Below, piece after piece: positions 52,233 to 64,000 of a stretch of 64,000 nucleotides of DNA (positions are counted from its first letter, which is position 1; each line of letters starts with the position of its first letter). The notes under the pieces are model-generated. The model had not been told where the DNA came from. It saw only the letters and a list, made by a program, of their open reading frames with translations, and made no database searches. Both the position numbers and the translations under genes were made by a program. The stretch is from positions 14,200,001 through 14,264,000 of the forward strand of contig CM075991.1 in assembly GCA_038087875.1 (NCBI GenBank), given 5' to 3'. Source of the stretch: Malacoraja senta (lineage: Eukaryota).

Positions 52233-53064
52233 TAGTAAACCCTTGCTATTAGGGGTCTCTTACTAACGTGATTTGGGTAGAGTGGACGGATCTACCGACC
52301 TTCACCGCCGGTGCCACCCCCGGCCCGCACCGCCGCCCCGGCCACTTCCAGACCGGGCCCGCCGCCGCCGGCCCACGCACCTCCCTTGCCGCGTCCAGGT
52401 CCCAACCCTCACCGATCCTCCAGTCCACGACCACCGACTCCGCCGATCCTCGCCTCTCCCCCAGCCACCAGCCAGCCTGGGCCGTCAACTCACCCGGATT
52501 CCAGGCCCAGTTCCAGACCTAGAGTCTGAAGATAGTCGACCCAAAACATCAGCTGTCAATGTTCTCCAGAGATGCTGCCTGACCCGCTGACTTACTCCAG
52601 CACTTGGTGTCCTTGTGTGTATTAGACATCATCTGCAGTTCTTTGCTTCCACTACTTTAGTTTTGTTTAGAGATACAGCGCGGAAACAGGCCCTTCGGCC
52701 CACCGGGTCCACGCCGACCAGCGATCCCCAAACATTAACACTATCCTACACCCACTAGGGACAATTTTTACATACACCAAGCCAATTAGCCTACAAACCT
52801 GTACGTCTTTGGAGTGTGGGAGGAAACCGAAGATCCCGGAGAAAACCCACGCAGGTCACGGGGAGAACGTACAAACTCCGTACAGACAGCACCCGTGGTC
52901 GGGATCGAACCCGAGTCTCCGGCGCTGTAAGGCAGCATCTCTACCGCTGCGCCACCGTGACCGCCCGTACTTACACAATGATAATCCTTTACTCAGTTAT
53001 AGCGGACACTCAGCAATAACGGACACCATTGCCCCCACTGCTCCGTCATAACCAGGGTTTACTG
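52233..53064. mobile_element. Possible Tigger/pogo-like non-autonomous element with nested Penelope tail and SINE
   Basis: TA-TAGTAAACCCT at the left and AGGGTTTACTG-TA at the right; could instead be two unrelated fragments. Confidence 0.4.
52656..52966 (-). mobile_element. Full-length HE1-like V-SINE
   Basis: Reverse-complement A/B boxes, V-domain and tail. Confidence 0.92.
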
Positions 53065-55191
53065 TATTAGGTTTTTTGATCATTGATTTTTTTTTGTGCT
53101 TATTTCTTACATTATTTATAGAGTACTGTGTTTACAAACCTGTAGTGCTGCTGCAAGTAAGAATCTCAATGTTCCATTACGGTACATATGACAAATAAAT
53201 CACTCTTAACTAGACAAGACATCTTGGACTGGCACAAGTTTTTGGACAAAGACCAACAAAGGCTGCTTCTAGATAAATAACTCTGCTCTGCGGCGAATTG
53301 GGCCTGTGGATGTATAATGAATGCAGTGTGTTGAAGATAAATCTACTTATTACTCGTACATCTGCCAATCCCTCATCTCCTAAAAAATATTTTTCTATTT
53401 CATTTTTGTCACCACATTGTAATCCGCGCAGTCCAGATGTCCACGGGCCTTGTCGTGAAGGCTTCTGTTTAAATTATTCTCATTTATTTCAGTCTATATT
53501 GGGTGATCGGGCCTTGCCATGAAGGCTTCTGTCTAGATTGTTCTCATTTATTTCAGTCTATATTGGGTGATCCCGTGAGGCTGCATGGCCTAGTTCTAGG
53601 CTATTTTTCACACGAAGAGGGACTGGGAACTGTGTATATCACAGTAGGTTAACCTATGATGAGCGTTTGTCGGCACTGGGCCTGTATTCGCTGGAGTTCA
53701 GAAGAATGAGGGGGGACCTCATTGAAACATACAGAATAGCGAAAGGCCTGGATAGAGTGGATGTGGAGAGGATGTTTCCACTAATGGGAGAACCTAGGAC
53801 TAGAGGTCATAGCCTCAGAATTAAAGAATGTTCTTTTAGGAAGGAGATGAGGAGGAATTTCTTTAGTCAGAGGGTGGTGAATCTGTGGAATTCATTGCCA
53901 CAGAAGGCTGTGGAGGCCAAGTCAGAGGATACATTTTGAGGCAGAGATAGATAGATTCTTGATTAGTACGGGTGTCAGAGGTTACGGGAAGAAGGCAGGA
54001 GAATGGGGTTAGGAGGGAGAGATAGATCAGCCATGATTGACTTGATGGGCCGAATGGCCTAATTCTAGGCCTTGATTAGTACGGGTGTCAGAGGTTACGG
54101 GAAGAAGGCAGGAGAATGGGGTTAGGAGGGAGAGATAGATCAGCCATGATTGAATGGCGGAGTAGACTTGATGGGCCGAATGGTATTATTCTACTTCTAT
54201 CACTTATGACCTTGTGATTTATGCATCTTTCTTCCACGCAGTGCAATGTGCAGGGCCTGGCCAGGACGCTGGACTGCAATGGTCAGCTCAAGTTCAGTTT
54301 AGAGATACAGCGCGGTAACAGGCCCTTCGGCCCACCGAGTCCATGCCGACCAGCGATCTCCGCACACTAGTTCTAACCTACACATACTAGGGACAACTTA
54401 GAACAATTTACAATGACCCTCCCACCCCTAACATCTTACCCCTCGTTGTACTAAACGACAAAGAATACAACAATCCAAACCGCCCAGCCTCTCTCAGTTT
54501 AATTTAGTTACAGCATGGAAACAGGCCGTTCAGCCCACCAAGTCCATGCCAACCATAGTTCAATGTTATCCCACCTTCTCATCCACTCCCCATACACCAG
54601 GGGCTACAAGCTACAAGCCCGCACGTCTTTGAGAGGAAACCGGAGCACCCGGAGGAAACCCACAGGGTCCCAGGGAGAATGGGCAAACTCCACATCGACA
54701 GCACCCGAGGTCGGAATTGAACCTGGGTCTCTGGCGCTGAGAGGCAGCGGCTCTACCCGCTGCACCACTGTTCCACCCTCTTGATAGGACAACCCTCTCA
54801 ACCCAGAATGGTCCTTAGTAAATCGCTTCAGGTCTGCGTCCAGACATCCATTTATGAAGTCACTTACAGAGTGTTCGAGGTGTGGCCTCACCAACAAACC
54901 CTCATCTTCAACTCCAACCCCTCACAATTAAAGCCAATATACAAGGATTGACATGACTCGAGAGCCTGAACTGTGCAGGCTAGGGCTTTAATCCTCGGAG
55001 AGCTGGAGGCTGAGGTGTATAGAATCATGTGGGGAGTAAATAGGGTGAATGCACCACCTTTTATCCAGGGGAAGGGAATCAAAGACCAGGGAACATGAGG
55101 TTTAAGGTGAGACAGGCAAGATTTAATAGGAACCTGAGGGGCAACATTTTCATTCAGAAGGTGGTGGGTATAAGGACCAAGCTGCCAGAGA

Positions 55192-55225
55192 AGTCTGAAG
55201 AAGGGTCTCGATCCGAAACGTCACC
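55192..55225 (+). ncRNA. Minimal hammerhead ribozyme motif (PLE tail)
   Basis: AGT-CTGAAGA-A-GGGTCTCGATCC-GAAA-CGTC-ACC. Confidence 0.62.
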
Positions 55226-57435
55226 CATTCCTTCTCCCCGGGGATGCTGCCTGACCTGCTGTGTTACTCCTTCCAACATTTTGTGTCTACCTTTGATTTA
55301 AACCAGCATCTGCACTTCTTTCTGACTCGAGCTGCCAGAGGAGGTAGAGGCAGGTACGATAACCACATCTCAAAGACATTCGGACAGATACATGGGTGTA
55401 GGAATGTTTTAAAGGGGTATGGGTCGAATGCAGGCACATGGACTCGTTAAGATGGAGCATCTTGGTCGGTATGGGCGAGTTGGGCCGAAGGGCCTTTTTC
55501 CGTGCTGTGTGATTATGGTTCTAGAACGTTCCCCTTGTTAACCAGTTGTGCTCCTACCTGCAAACCCTCAGTGATTCATACGCCTCTGCCCCTCTGATCA
55601 TCTCTCACTTGCCGTCTCTCCCTGTTTAGATCTTAATCTGGATTTTGATTCCTCTTACTGAGTGCATGATGCCCCATTTCCCATGTTAAACTCCATTTAG
55701 TTTAGTTTAGAGATGCCACGTGGAATCAGGCCCTTCGGCCCACCGACACCATGCTAACCATAGATTACCCATTCACACTGGTTCCATGTGATCCCATTCT
55801 CTACAAACGGTGGGGGGAGGAGGGGGGGGGCAGTTAACCTTTGGAGTGTGGGAGGAAACCGGAGCACCCGGAGGAAACCCACGCGGTCAGTGGGAGAATG
55901 TGCAAACTCCACACACACACACACACACACACGATCGAACCCGGGTCCCTGGCGCCGTGAGGCAGTGGCTCTACCCACCCCGACACTTTCCCGAAGAAAT
56001 CTGTACTTAGTTTAGAGATACAACATCACACAGAGATGTGATAATGTCCGATAAAGGGCTGGCATACTTCAATCTTCTGGCTGACTGGCTTCGCTGTATT
56101 TTGTTTAGAGGTACAACGCGCTCCACCCACTGTGCCACCTGTTTGCCAGCCACTTGAGAAAGCCCCCTTCTCACTGGCATGTTGTGCCACACTCTTGGTA
56201 TGCAGCCATCTCCATACGCACCCGTCAGGAAATGGAGAAGGTGTTAGCATGGACGGGGTGTTAGTATAGCTGTCTGACCCACTACCCTGTCCCCCTCATA
56301 CCTTACAATGGAAAGAAAAGTGCCATTATGCACTTTGGTGAGAAAAGGAAAACAGCAAAATATTTTTAAGATGATGAGGGGACTGGGAGATGTGTGGATT
56401 CAGACAGAATCAATATTGGGCCCAGCCACCAATTAGTCTATGTTATTCTTTATTGCAGAAGAGGTTTACTGAAAGAGTAATGTATGTGCAGCATTAGTTC
56501 TGCCACATCTGGAGTACTGTACACTGTTTTGGATTCCATCCTTAGAAAAGGATTTACTTGACTTGAGGGAATGCCGCGGAGAGAGACTGGCTGGAAAGAG
56601 TGTCTGGATTTTCGGTTGAAACGATTAAACTAAAAATCACTTGGGTTGCTTTGCTGCGAGGTTGAAGAGTTTAGAATCTGCAGATCACGTTTCCGAGTGT
56701 TGTCTCTTTAAAAGAGGTGGAATTTCTTCTCCCAAAGGGCTGTGAATCTCTGGAATGATCTCACATGGTGACCATTGAGTCTATCCAAAGGTGAGATTGA
56801 TTGATTTGGACAACGGCCATTGTTCAAATTGGAAGAAGAGGGGATGCATTCCTGAAACGCATTCCATGGTGCAGATGTTCATAAAAGCAGACGGCAAGGC
56901 ATATGGTCCCACGCAAGGAAACGGCACGCTTTTCATCTCAGCGAGATATGGCGTGGATCCCTAATGTTCAAGGACGTTACCGTGAAAACCCATGAATCAG
57001 TGTTGATTGTGTGCAGGAGATGTGGAGATCGGGCGGGAAAGTGCGTTTGGGAATTGTGCTTTGAAGAGGGTGCAGAATGCAGAAGAGAGGCGTCACGGTG
57101 GCACAGAGGTAGAGTTGCTGCCTTACAGCGGTTGCAGCGCCAGAGACCCGGGTTCGATCCTGACGACGGAGTTTGTACGTTCTCCCCGTGACCGCGTGGG
57201 TTTTCACCGAGATCTTCGGTTTCCTCCCACACTCCAAAGACGTACAGGTCAATTGGCTTGGTAGATGTGCAAATTGTCCCTAATGTGCGTAGGATTATGT
57301 TAATGTGCGGGGATCGCTGGTCGGCGTGGACTTGGTGGGCCGAAGGGCCTGTTTCTGAGCTGTATCTCTAAACTAAATGAAAATATAAAGATAGACCAGA
57401 AGGCAGAATGACATTTCGGGTCAGCTCCCTTCTGC

Positions 57436-57466
57436 CTGAAGAAGGGTCCCGACCCGAAACGTCACC
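57436..57466 (+). ncRNA. Minimal hammerhead ribozyme motif (PLE tail)
   Basis: CTGAAGA-A-GGGTC/CC/GACCC-GAAA-CGTC-ACC; stem I poorly paired. Confidence 0.58.
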
Positions 57467-58034
57467 TATCCATGTTCTCCTGAGATGCTGCCTGACCCAC
57501 TGGGGTACTCCAAAGATAGACACAAAATGCTGGAGTAACTCAGCAGGACAGGCAGCATCTCTGGAGAGAAGAAATGGGTGAAATTCCCCACAATTTGTAT
57601 AAACAAGCATCTGCTGATCTTTAATTCTACATCACTAGAATGCTGCCTGGATTAGAGGATATTAGCTATAAGGAGAGGTTAGGCAAACTTAGATTGTTTT
57701 CTCTGGAACGCCAGAGGCTGAGGGGACATCTGATCGGAGCATATAAAACTATGAGGCAATAAACAGTCAGAACCTTATTCCTAGGTCAAAGGGGATAGCT
57801 TTAGGGTGAGAGGGGCAAAGTTTAAAGGAGACAAGACCAAGGGGGACCCGTTGGGTCCCGTCCCCTCAAAGCGCGGTTGCGGGGGGGGGGGGGGCGGCCT
57901 GCGGCGTCACACACACACAAACCACCCCCCACACACACACTAACCACCCCCTATATTAATATTATTAATTCTCTCCTTTTACCCCATCCCCGCCCTATCC
58001 ACTCACGCATAGCCCCCAACTCACAGGCGTGTTT

Positions 58035-58420
58035 AGAGGGGGAGGGGGAGTAGAGAGAGAGGGCAGAGACAGAGAGAGAGGGGGCAGAGACAGAGAGAGT
58101 GACGCAGAGACAGAGAGAGGGGCAGAGTCAGAGTGAGTGGGGCAGAGACAGAGAGAGGGGGCAGAGACAGAGAGTGACGCAGAGACAGAGAGAGGGGCAG
58201 AGACAGAGGGAGTGGGGCAGAGACAGAGGGAGGGGGAATAGAGAGAGGGGGCAGAGACAGAGAGAGTGACGCAGAGACAGAGAGGGGCAGAGACAGAGGG
58301 AGTGGGGCAGAGACAGAGGGAGGGGGAGTAGAGAGAGGGGGCAGAGACAGAGAGAGTGACGCAGAGACAGAGAGGGGCAGAGACAGAGTGAGAGGGGCAG
58401 ATACAGAGAGGCGGGGGGAG
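58035..58420. repeat. GA-rich minisatellite (GGGGCAGAGACAGAGAGAGTGACGCAGAGACAGAGA)n
   Basis: Seen directly. Confidence 0.9.
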
Positions 58421-58628
58421 AGGAGCAAAGTTTAAAGGAGATGTGCAGCATCTCGCGAGCTGCGGTCAGCAAGTCCACGGTTACATAAGGTCATAAGGAA
58501 TAGGAGTAGAATTAGGCCATTCGGCCCATCAAGTCTGCTCTATCTCTCCCTCCTAACCCCATTCTCCTGCCTTCTCCCCATAACCTCTGACACCCGTACT
58601 GATCAAGAACCCTCGGTTACCATGATGA

Positions 58629-58856
<228 letters not shown>

Positions 58857-60454
58857 TAGAGTTGCTGCCTCACAGCACCAGAGACCCGGGTTCAATCCTG
58901 ATAACGGGTGCATTCTCCCTGTGACTGCCTGGGTTTTCTCCGGGTGCTCCGGTTTCCCCCCACACTCCAAGGACTTGCAGGTTAATTGGTCTCTGCAAAT
59001 TGCCCCTAGTGTGTAGGATCAAAACTGGGATAACGTCAAACTAGTGTTCCGATGATCGTTGGTCGGTACAGATTCAATTCAAGTTTATTGGTCACATACT
59101 CAATTATACAGGTATAACCAGTAGTGAAATGCTTAAGTGCCTGTCCAGTTGTGCATGGTTCCCCACTTACACATAACCCACATAAAACAATACCCACATA
59201 TAACACATAGCCCATAAATATACCACATAACAAGTAGTGCTGTTACAAGCAAAGTGACAAGTGCCGTGTAACACCTGTGATAACAGCATGTTCCATCCAG
59301 TTCAGTCCCATGTGTGTGTGTTTGATGGTGGCGGGGCGGGGGGTTTGGGCGGGGGTGCAGGTGCTGGTGAGGAGGGTGGGGAGGGTTGGGGGGCTGGGGG
59401 AGGGGGGGGCGGCAACACTCCGTCCTCGTTCAGCAGTCTCATGGCCTGGGGAAAGAAACTCCTCCTCATTCTCTCCGTGTTGGCCCTGAGCAGCCGGTAG
59501 CGTTTCCCTGAGGGCAAGTTTCAGTGGGCCGAAGGGCCTGCTTCCACACCAATTTGCATTTGGACCTCCTTCTTTGTTCATTTTTTAATATTTTCACTAC
59601 CCTTGGTTATAAATATTTCCGAAGCATCTGTTGGAAAACTCCTCATCCTTGTGTCACTCCCTGGTCTATCTCTGTCTGAAGTCTCATAAGTTCATCGGCG
59701 ATAGGAGCAGAATTGGGCCATTCGGCCCATCAAGTTACGGGCCGTCACGGTGGCGCAGGGATTGAGTTGCTGTCTTACAGTGAATGCAGCGCCAGAGACC
59801 CGGGTTCGATCCCGACTACGGGCGCTGTCTACGGAGTTTGTACGTTCTCCCCGTGACCCGCGTGGGTTTTCTCCGATATCTTCCGTTTCCTCCCACACTC
59901 CAAAGACGTACAGGTTTGTAGGTTAATTGGCTTGGTAAATGTTTTAAAAAAATTGTCCCCAGTGGGTGTAGGATAGGTTAATGTGCGGGGATCACTGGTC
60001 GGCGCAGACCTGGTGGGCTGAAGGGCCTGTTTCTGTGCTGTATCTCTAAACTAAACTAAACTAAACTCGACATAAAAAGTCGACTCCGCCATTCAATCAT
60101 GGCTGATCTATCTCTCCCTCTTAACCCAATTTTCCTGCCTTTTCCCCATAACCCCTGACACCAATACTAATCAAGAATCTTTCTATCTCTGCCTTAAAGA
60201 TGTCCATTGACTCCGGCCTCCTCCGGCCCCATCCGTCCCTCCCATCTCCAGGCTCCCACAGTGCTAGTTAAAGGACAGATGTACTTTGTATAGGAGGTCA
60301 TTCAAAGAAGGTTCATTGGGCTGATTCTTGTGATGAAAGACGAGCTGCAGCCTCACAGCGCTGGAGACCCAGGTTCAGTCCAGAACTCGAGTGCTGTCTG
60401 TGTGGAGTTTGCACGTTCTCCCTGTGGGTTCCCTCCGGGTGCTACGTTTTCTTG

Positions 60455-62520
60455 AGGATGTGACAAGTAATATGGATGAAGGAGAGCCAGTGGATGTGGT
60501 GTACCTGGACTTTCAGAAAGCCTTTGTTAAGGCCCCGCACAGGAGATTAGTGTGGTAACACACATGGTATTGGGGGTAGGGTATTGACACGGATAGAGAA
60601 TTGGTTGGCAGACAGGAAACAAAGAGTAGCAATAAAGGAAGACCCTGTCAGAATGGCAGGCAGTGGCGAGTGGAGTGCCGCAAGGCTCGGTGCTGGGGCC
60701 GCAACTATTTACAATATATATTAATAATTTAGCTGATGGAATTAAAAGTAACACTAGCATATTTGATGATGACACAAAGCTGGGTGGCAGTGTGAACTGC
60801 GATGAGGCTGCAGGGTGACTTGGACAGGTTGAGTGAGTGGGCAGATGCAGTATAATGTAGATAAATGTGAGGTTATCCACTTTGGCAGCAAGAACAAGGA
60901 GGCAGATTATTATCTCAATGGTGTCAGATTAGGAAAAATGAAAGTGCAACGAGACCTGGGGGTCCTTGTTCATCAGTCACTGAATGTAAACATGCAGGTA
61001 CAACATGCAGTGGGCGGCGCAACTTTCGTCTGCAGCGGCCTCTGCAGTCCGTCTGTCTTTTTATTATTTTTGTCTCGTTTTTATGTAGTTTTTTATTCTT
61101 TTTTTTGTCGGGGTATGTGTGTGGGGGGGTGGGAGGGGGAAACTTTGAAATCTTTCCGCTGCACGGGAGACCCGACCTTTTCTTTGTCGGGTCTCCGTTG
61201 TCGTTGGGGCTGGGCAACGTGGAGCGGCCTCCAGCAGGAACGACCTGGGGCTCCCGTGGAGCTGCGGACTACTCATCGTCGCGGGGCTGGCCGAGTCCGG
61301 AGCGGGTGGAGCTGTGGTGGAGACAATCGCTGTTGCGACCCGACCGCCGGAGATTCGGAGGCTACAACCGCGGGTCTGGCGGACGGCAAACACTGGAAGC
61401 CCGCGGGTCCCCTGGTGGGAGACCGCTTTTCGGGGCTTCCGCAGCGGCGACTTCTCCCGCCCGAGTTGCGGGGTTGAAGAGCACCTGGAGCGGGGCTTTA
61501 TCCCCCCGCGCGGCTTGGAATGGCCACCGGACTTTGCGGGTGCGCGCCGGGGCTCTAACACCAAGACCCGGTGCGCGACCTTGCATCACCCGGCGTGGCT
61601 TTAATGGCTGCGGGACAATCACCATCGCCCGCCGGGGGCTTTGACTTTGACTCTGACATCGGGGGGGAGTGCAGTGGAGAGATACGTTTTTTTGCCTTCC
61701 ATCACAGCGCTGTGATGGATGGATGTGTAAATTGTGTTGTGTCTCGGGTCTTCTTCGTTTTGTAATGTATGGCTGCAGAAACGATATTTCGTTTGGACCT
61801 CAAGGGGTCCAAATGACAAATTTGTCCAAAAGACAAATAAATTGAATTGAATTGAATTGAATTGATTGAAAGCTAATGGCATGTTGGCCTTCATAACGGG
61901 AGGATTTGGGTATAGGAGTAAAGAGGTTCTTCTACATTTCTACAGGGCCCTGGCGAGACCACATCTGGAGTATTGTGTGCAGTTTTGGTCCCCTAATTTG
62001 AGGAAGGACATTCTTGCTATTGAGGCAGTGCAGCGTAGGTTTACAAGGTTAATTCCCGGGATGGCGGGACTGTCATATGCTGAGAGAATGGAGCGGCTGG
62101 GCTTGTACACTCTGGAGTTTAGAAGGATGAGAGGGCATCTTATTGAAACATATAAGATTGTTAAGGGTTTGGACACGCTAGAGGCAGGAAACATGTTCCT
62201 GATGTTGGGGGAGTCCAGAACCAGGGGCCACAGTTTAAGAATAAGGGGTAAGCCATTTTGAACGGAGACGAGGAAACACTTTTTCTCACAGAGAGTTGTG
62301 AATCTGTGGAATTCTCTGCCTCAGAGGGCGGTGGAGGCGGGTTCTCTGGATGCTTTCAAGAGAGAGCTAGATTGGGCTCTTAAAAATAGCGGAGTCAGAG
62401 GATAAGGGGAGAAGGCAGGAACGGGGTACTGATTGGGGATGATCAGCCATGATCACATTGAATGGCGGTGCTGGCTCGAAGGGCCGAATGGCCTACTCCT
62501 GCACCTATTGTCTATTGTCT
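60455..62520 (+). mobile_element. CR1 LINE ORF2/3' fragment interrupted by a non-coding insertion
   Basis: VDVVYLDFQKAF, SGVPQGSVLGP and ...MQVQHAV | KANGMLAF...LEYCVQFWSP; frameshifted; (ATTGTCT)n tail. Confidence 0.92.
61011..61868 (+). mobile_element. Non-coding retroelement with Rex1/Babar-type 3' tail
   Basis: Ends ATTTCGTT-hairpin-AATGACAA...AATAAA(TTGAA)n and splits the CR1 ORF2. Confidence 0.7.
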
Positions 62521-62969
62521 TACCTGCCTGCACATGATCCATATCCTTCCACTCCCTGCCTATCCATGTGCCTATCCAAAAGTCTCTTGTACGCCACTAT
62601 CGTATCTGCCTCCTCCACCACCACCCCTGGCTGCTCGCTCCATCCTCTGTGTGAAAGAACGTAACACGCACATCTCCTTTAAATTTGCCCCAGCCACGGG
62701 AGGTAGTTGGGGCAGGTAACGGCGTTTAGACAGGTGCATGGATAGGAAAGGTTTAAGCTCTGGGTCAAATGGCGGCATGTGGGACCAGTGTATGTTGGTC
62801 GGCATTGGCAGGTTGGGCCGAAGGGCCTGTTTCCACGCTGTTTGACTCTAGGACTCTCACCTTAAACCAACGCCCACCGGTATTTGGCATGACCATCCTG
62901 GGGGAGAAAGGCTCTGACTGTCTACCCTGTCTGTGCCACTCACTGTTGTATGTATGGGTGCCTTGCCCT

Positions 62970-63376
<407 letters not shown>

Positions 63377-63404
63377 TAAGTAGAGGTGTCTGTCTGACCT
63401 GCCG

Positions 63405-63540
63405 GGGGTAAGGATGGGGGGGGACGGTGTGGGGTAGGGGGGGTGAGGTGTGGGGTGGGGTGGGGTGGGGGGTGGGGTGGGGTGGGGGGGGCGGGGTGGG
63501 GTGGGGGCGGTGTGGGGTGGGGGGGGTGGGGGGGGAGGGC
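63405..63540 (+). repeat. G-rich (GGGGT)n tract with G-quadruplex potential
   Basis: Many runs of four or more G, beginning about 30 nt downstream of the exon donor. Confidence 0.8.
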
Positions 63541-64000
63541 GTACTACCCGCGTGCCCTGTCTCTCTGCAAAAAGAGAACCCAAGAACATAGATTTAATGA
63601 GTACGGAGTTTGTACGTTCTCCCTGTGACCCCGTGGGTTTTCTCCGGGTGCTCTGGTTTCCTCCCACACTCCAAAGACGTGCAGGATTGTAGCATAATTG
63701 GCTTGGTGTAAATGTAAAAATTGTCCCTGGTGTGTGTAGGATAGTGTTAATGAGCAGGATCGCTGGTCGGTGTGGACTCGGTGGGCTGAAGGGCCTGTTT
63801 CCGCGCTGTATCTCTAATCTAAAGTACAGATTGCCTGGCTCAGCGGGGTGTGTGTGTGTGTGGGGGGAATCGCCTGCTCTCCCCTGGGGCCAGGGGTCAG
63901 GAGCCAGTGAGGTAGTGGAGTAACAGCAGGCCAGGCAGCATCTCTGGAGAACATGGATAGGTGACGTTTCTTCACTGCTCTTCCACCTCCTGTGGTTTGT

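Noticed and set aside
60833..61644. Overlapping GC-rich ORFs inside the non-coding insertion (also 49772-50328)
   Set aside because: Open frames on both strands reflect high GC content; there is no recognisable domain, and the two related elements do not share a peptide.

Overview
This is vertebrate genomic DNA, most likely from an elasmobranch (skate/ray-like), judged from its HE1/V-SINE, CR1/HER1 LINE and Penelope repeat content. It covers part of an FGFR1 gene on the + strand. Six coding exons are recognisable: the signal-peptide exon (26342-26432) and five tyrosine-kinase exons (46468-46589, 47787-47897, 51132-51322, 58650-58772, 63305-63375), all with GT-AG boundaries and compatible phases. 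The Ig, acid-box, transmembrane and juxtamembrane exons are not visible and most plausibly lie in the 200-N gap at 43902-44101. The remainder is intronic and dominated by repeats: tRNA-derived V-SINEs; CR1, Rex1/Babar, Ingi/Vingi-like and Penelope-like (GIY-YIG) fragments; PIF/Harbinger-type MITEs; hAT-like elements; a probable solo LTR; and micro/minisatellites. The most notable non-coding signals are four. (1) Many Penelope-derived tails carry minimal hammerhead-ribozyme cores, often as inverted dimers. (2) A 33-bp minisatellite after a kinase exon supplies in-frame cryptic donors, each paired with a U1-like antisense motif. (3) Two non-coding elements with Rex1-type tails share three conserved hairpins, one of them covarying. 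(4) There is a four-level nested insertion. All calls come from reading the sequence; no database searches were run. Repeat boundaries are approximate and only representative copies are listed.
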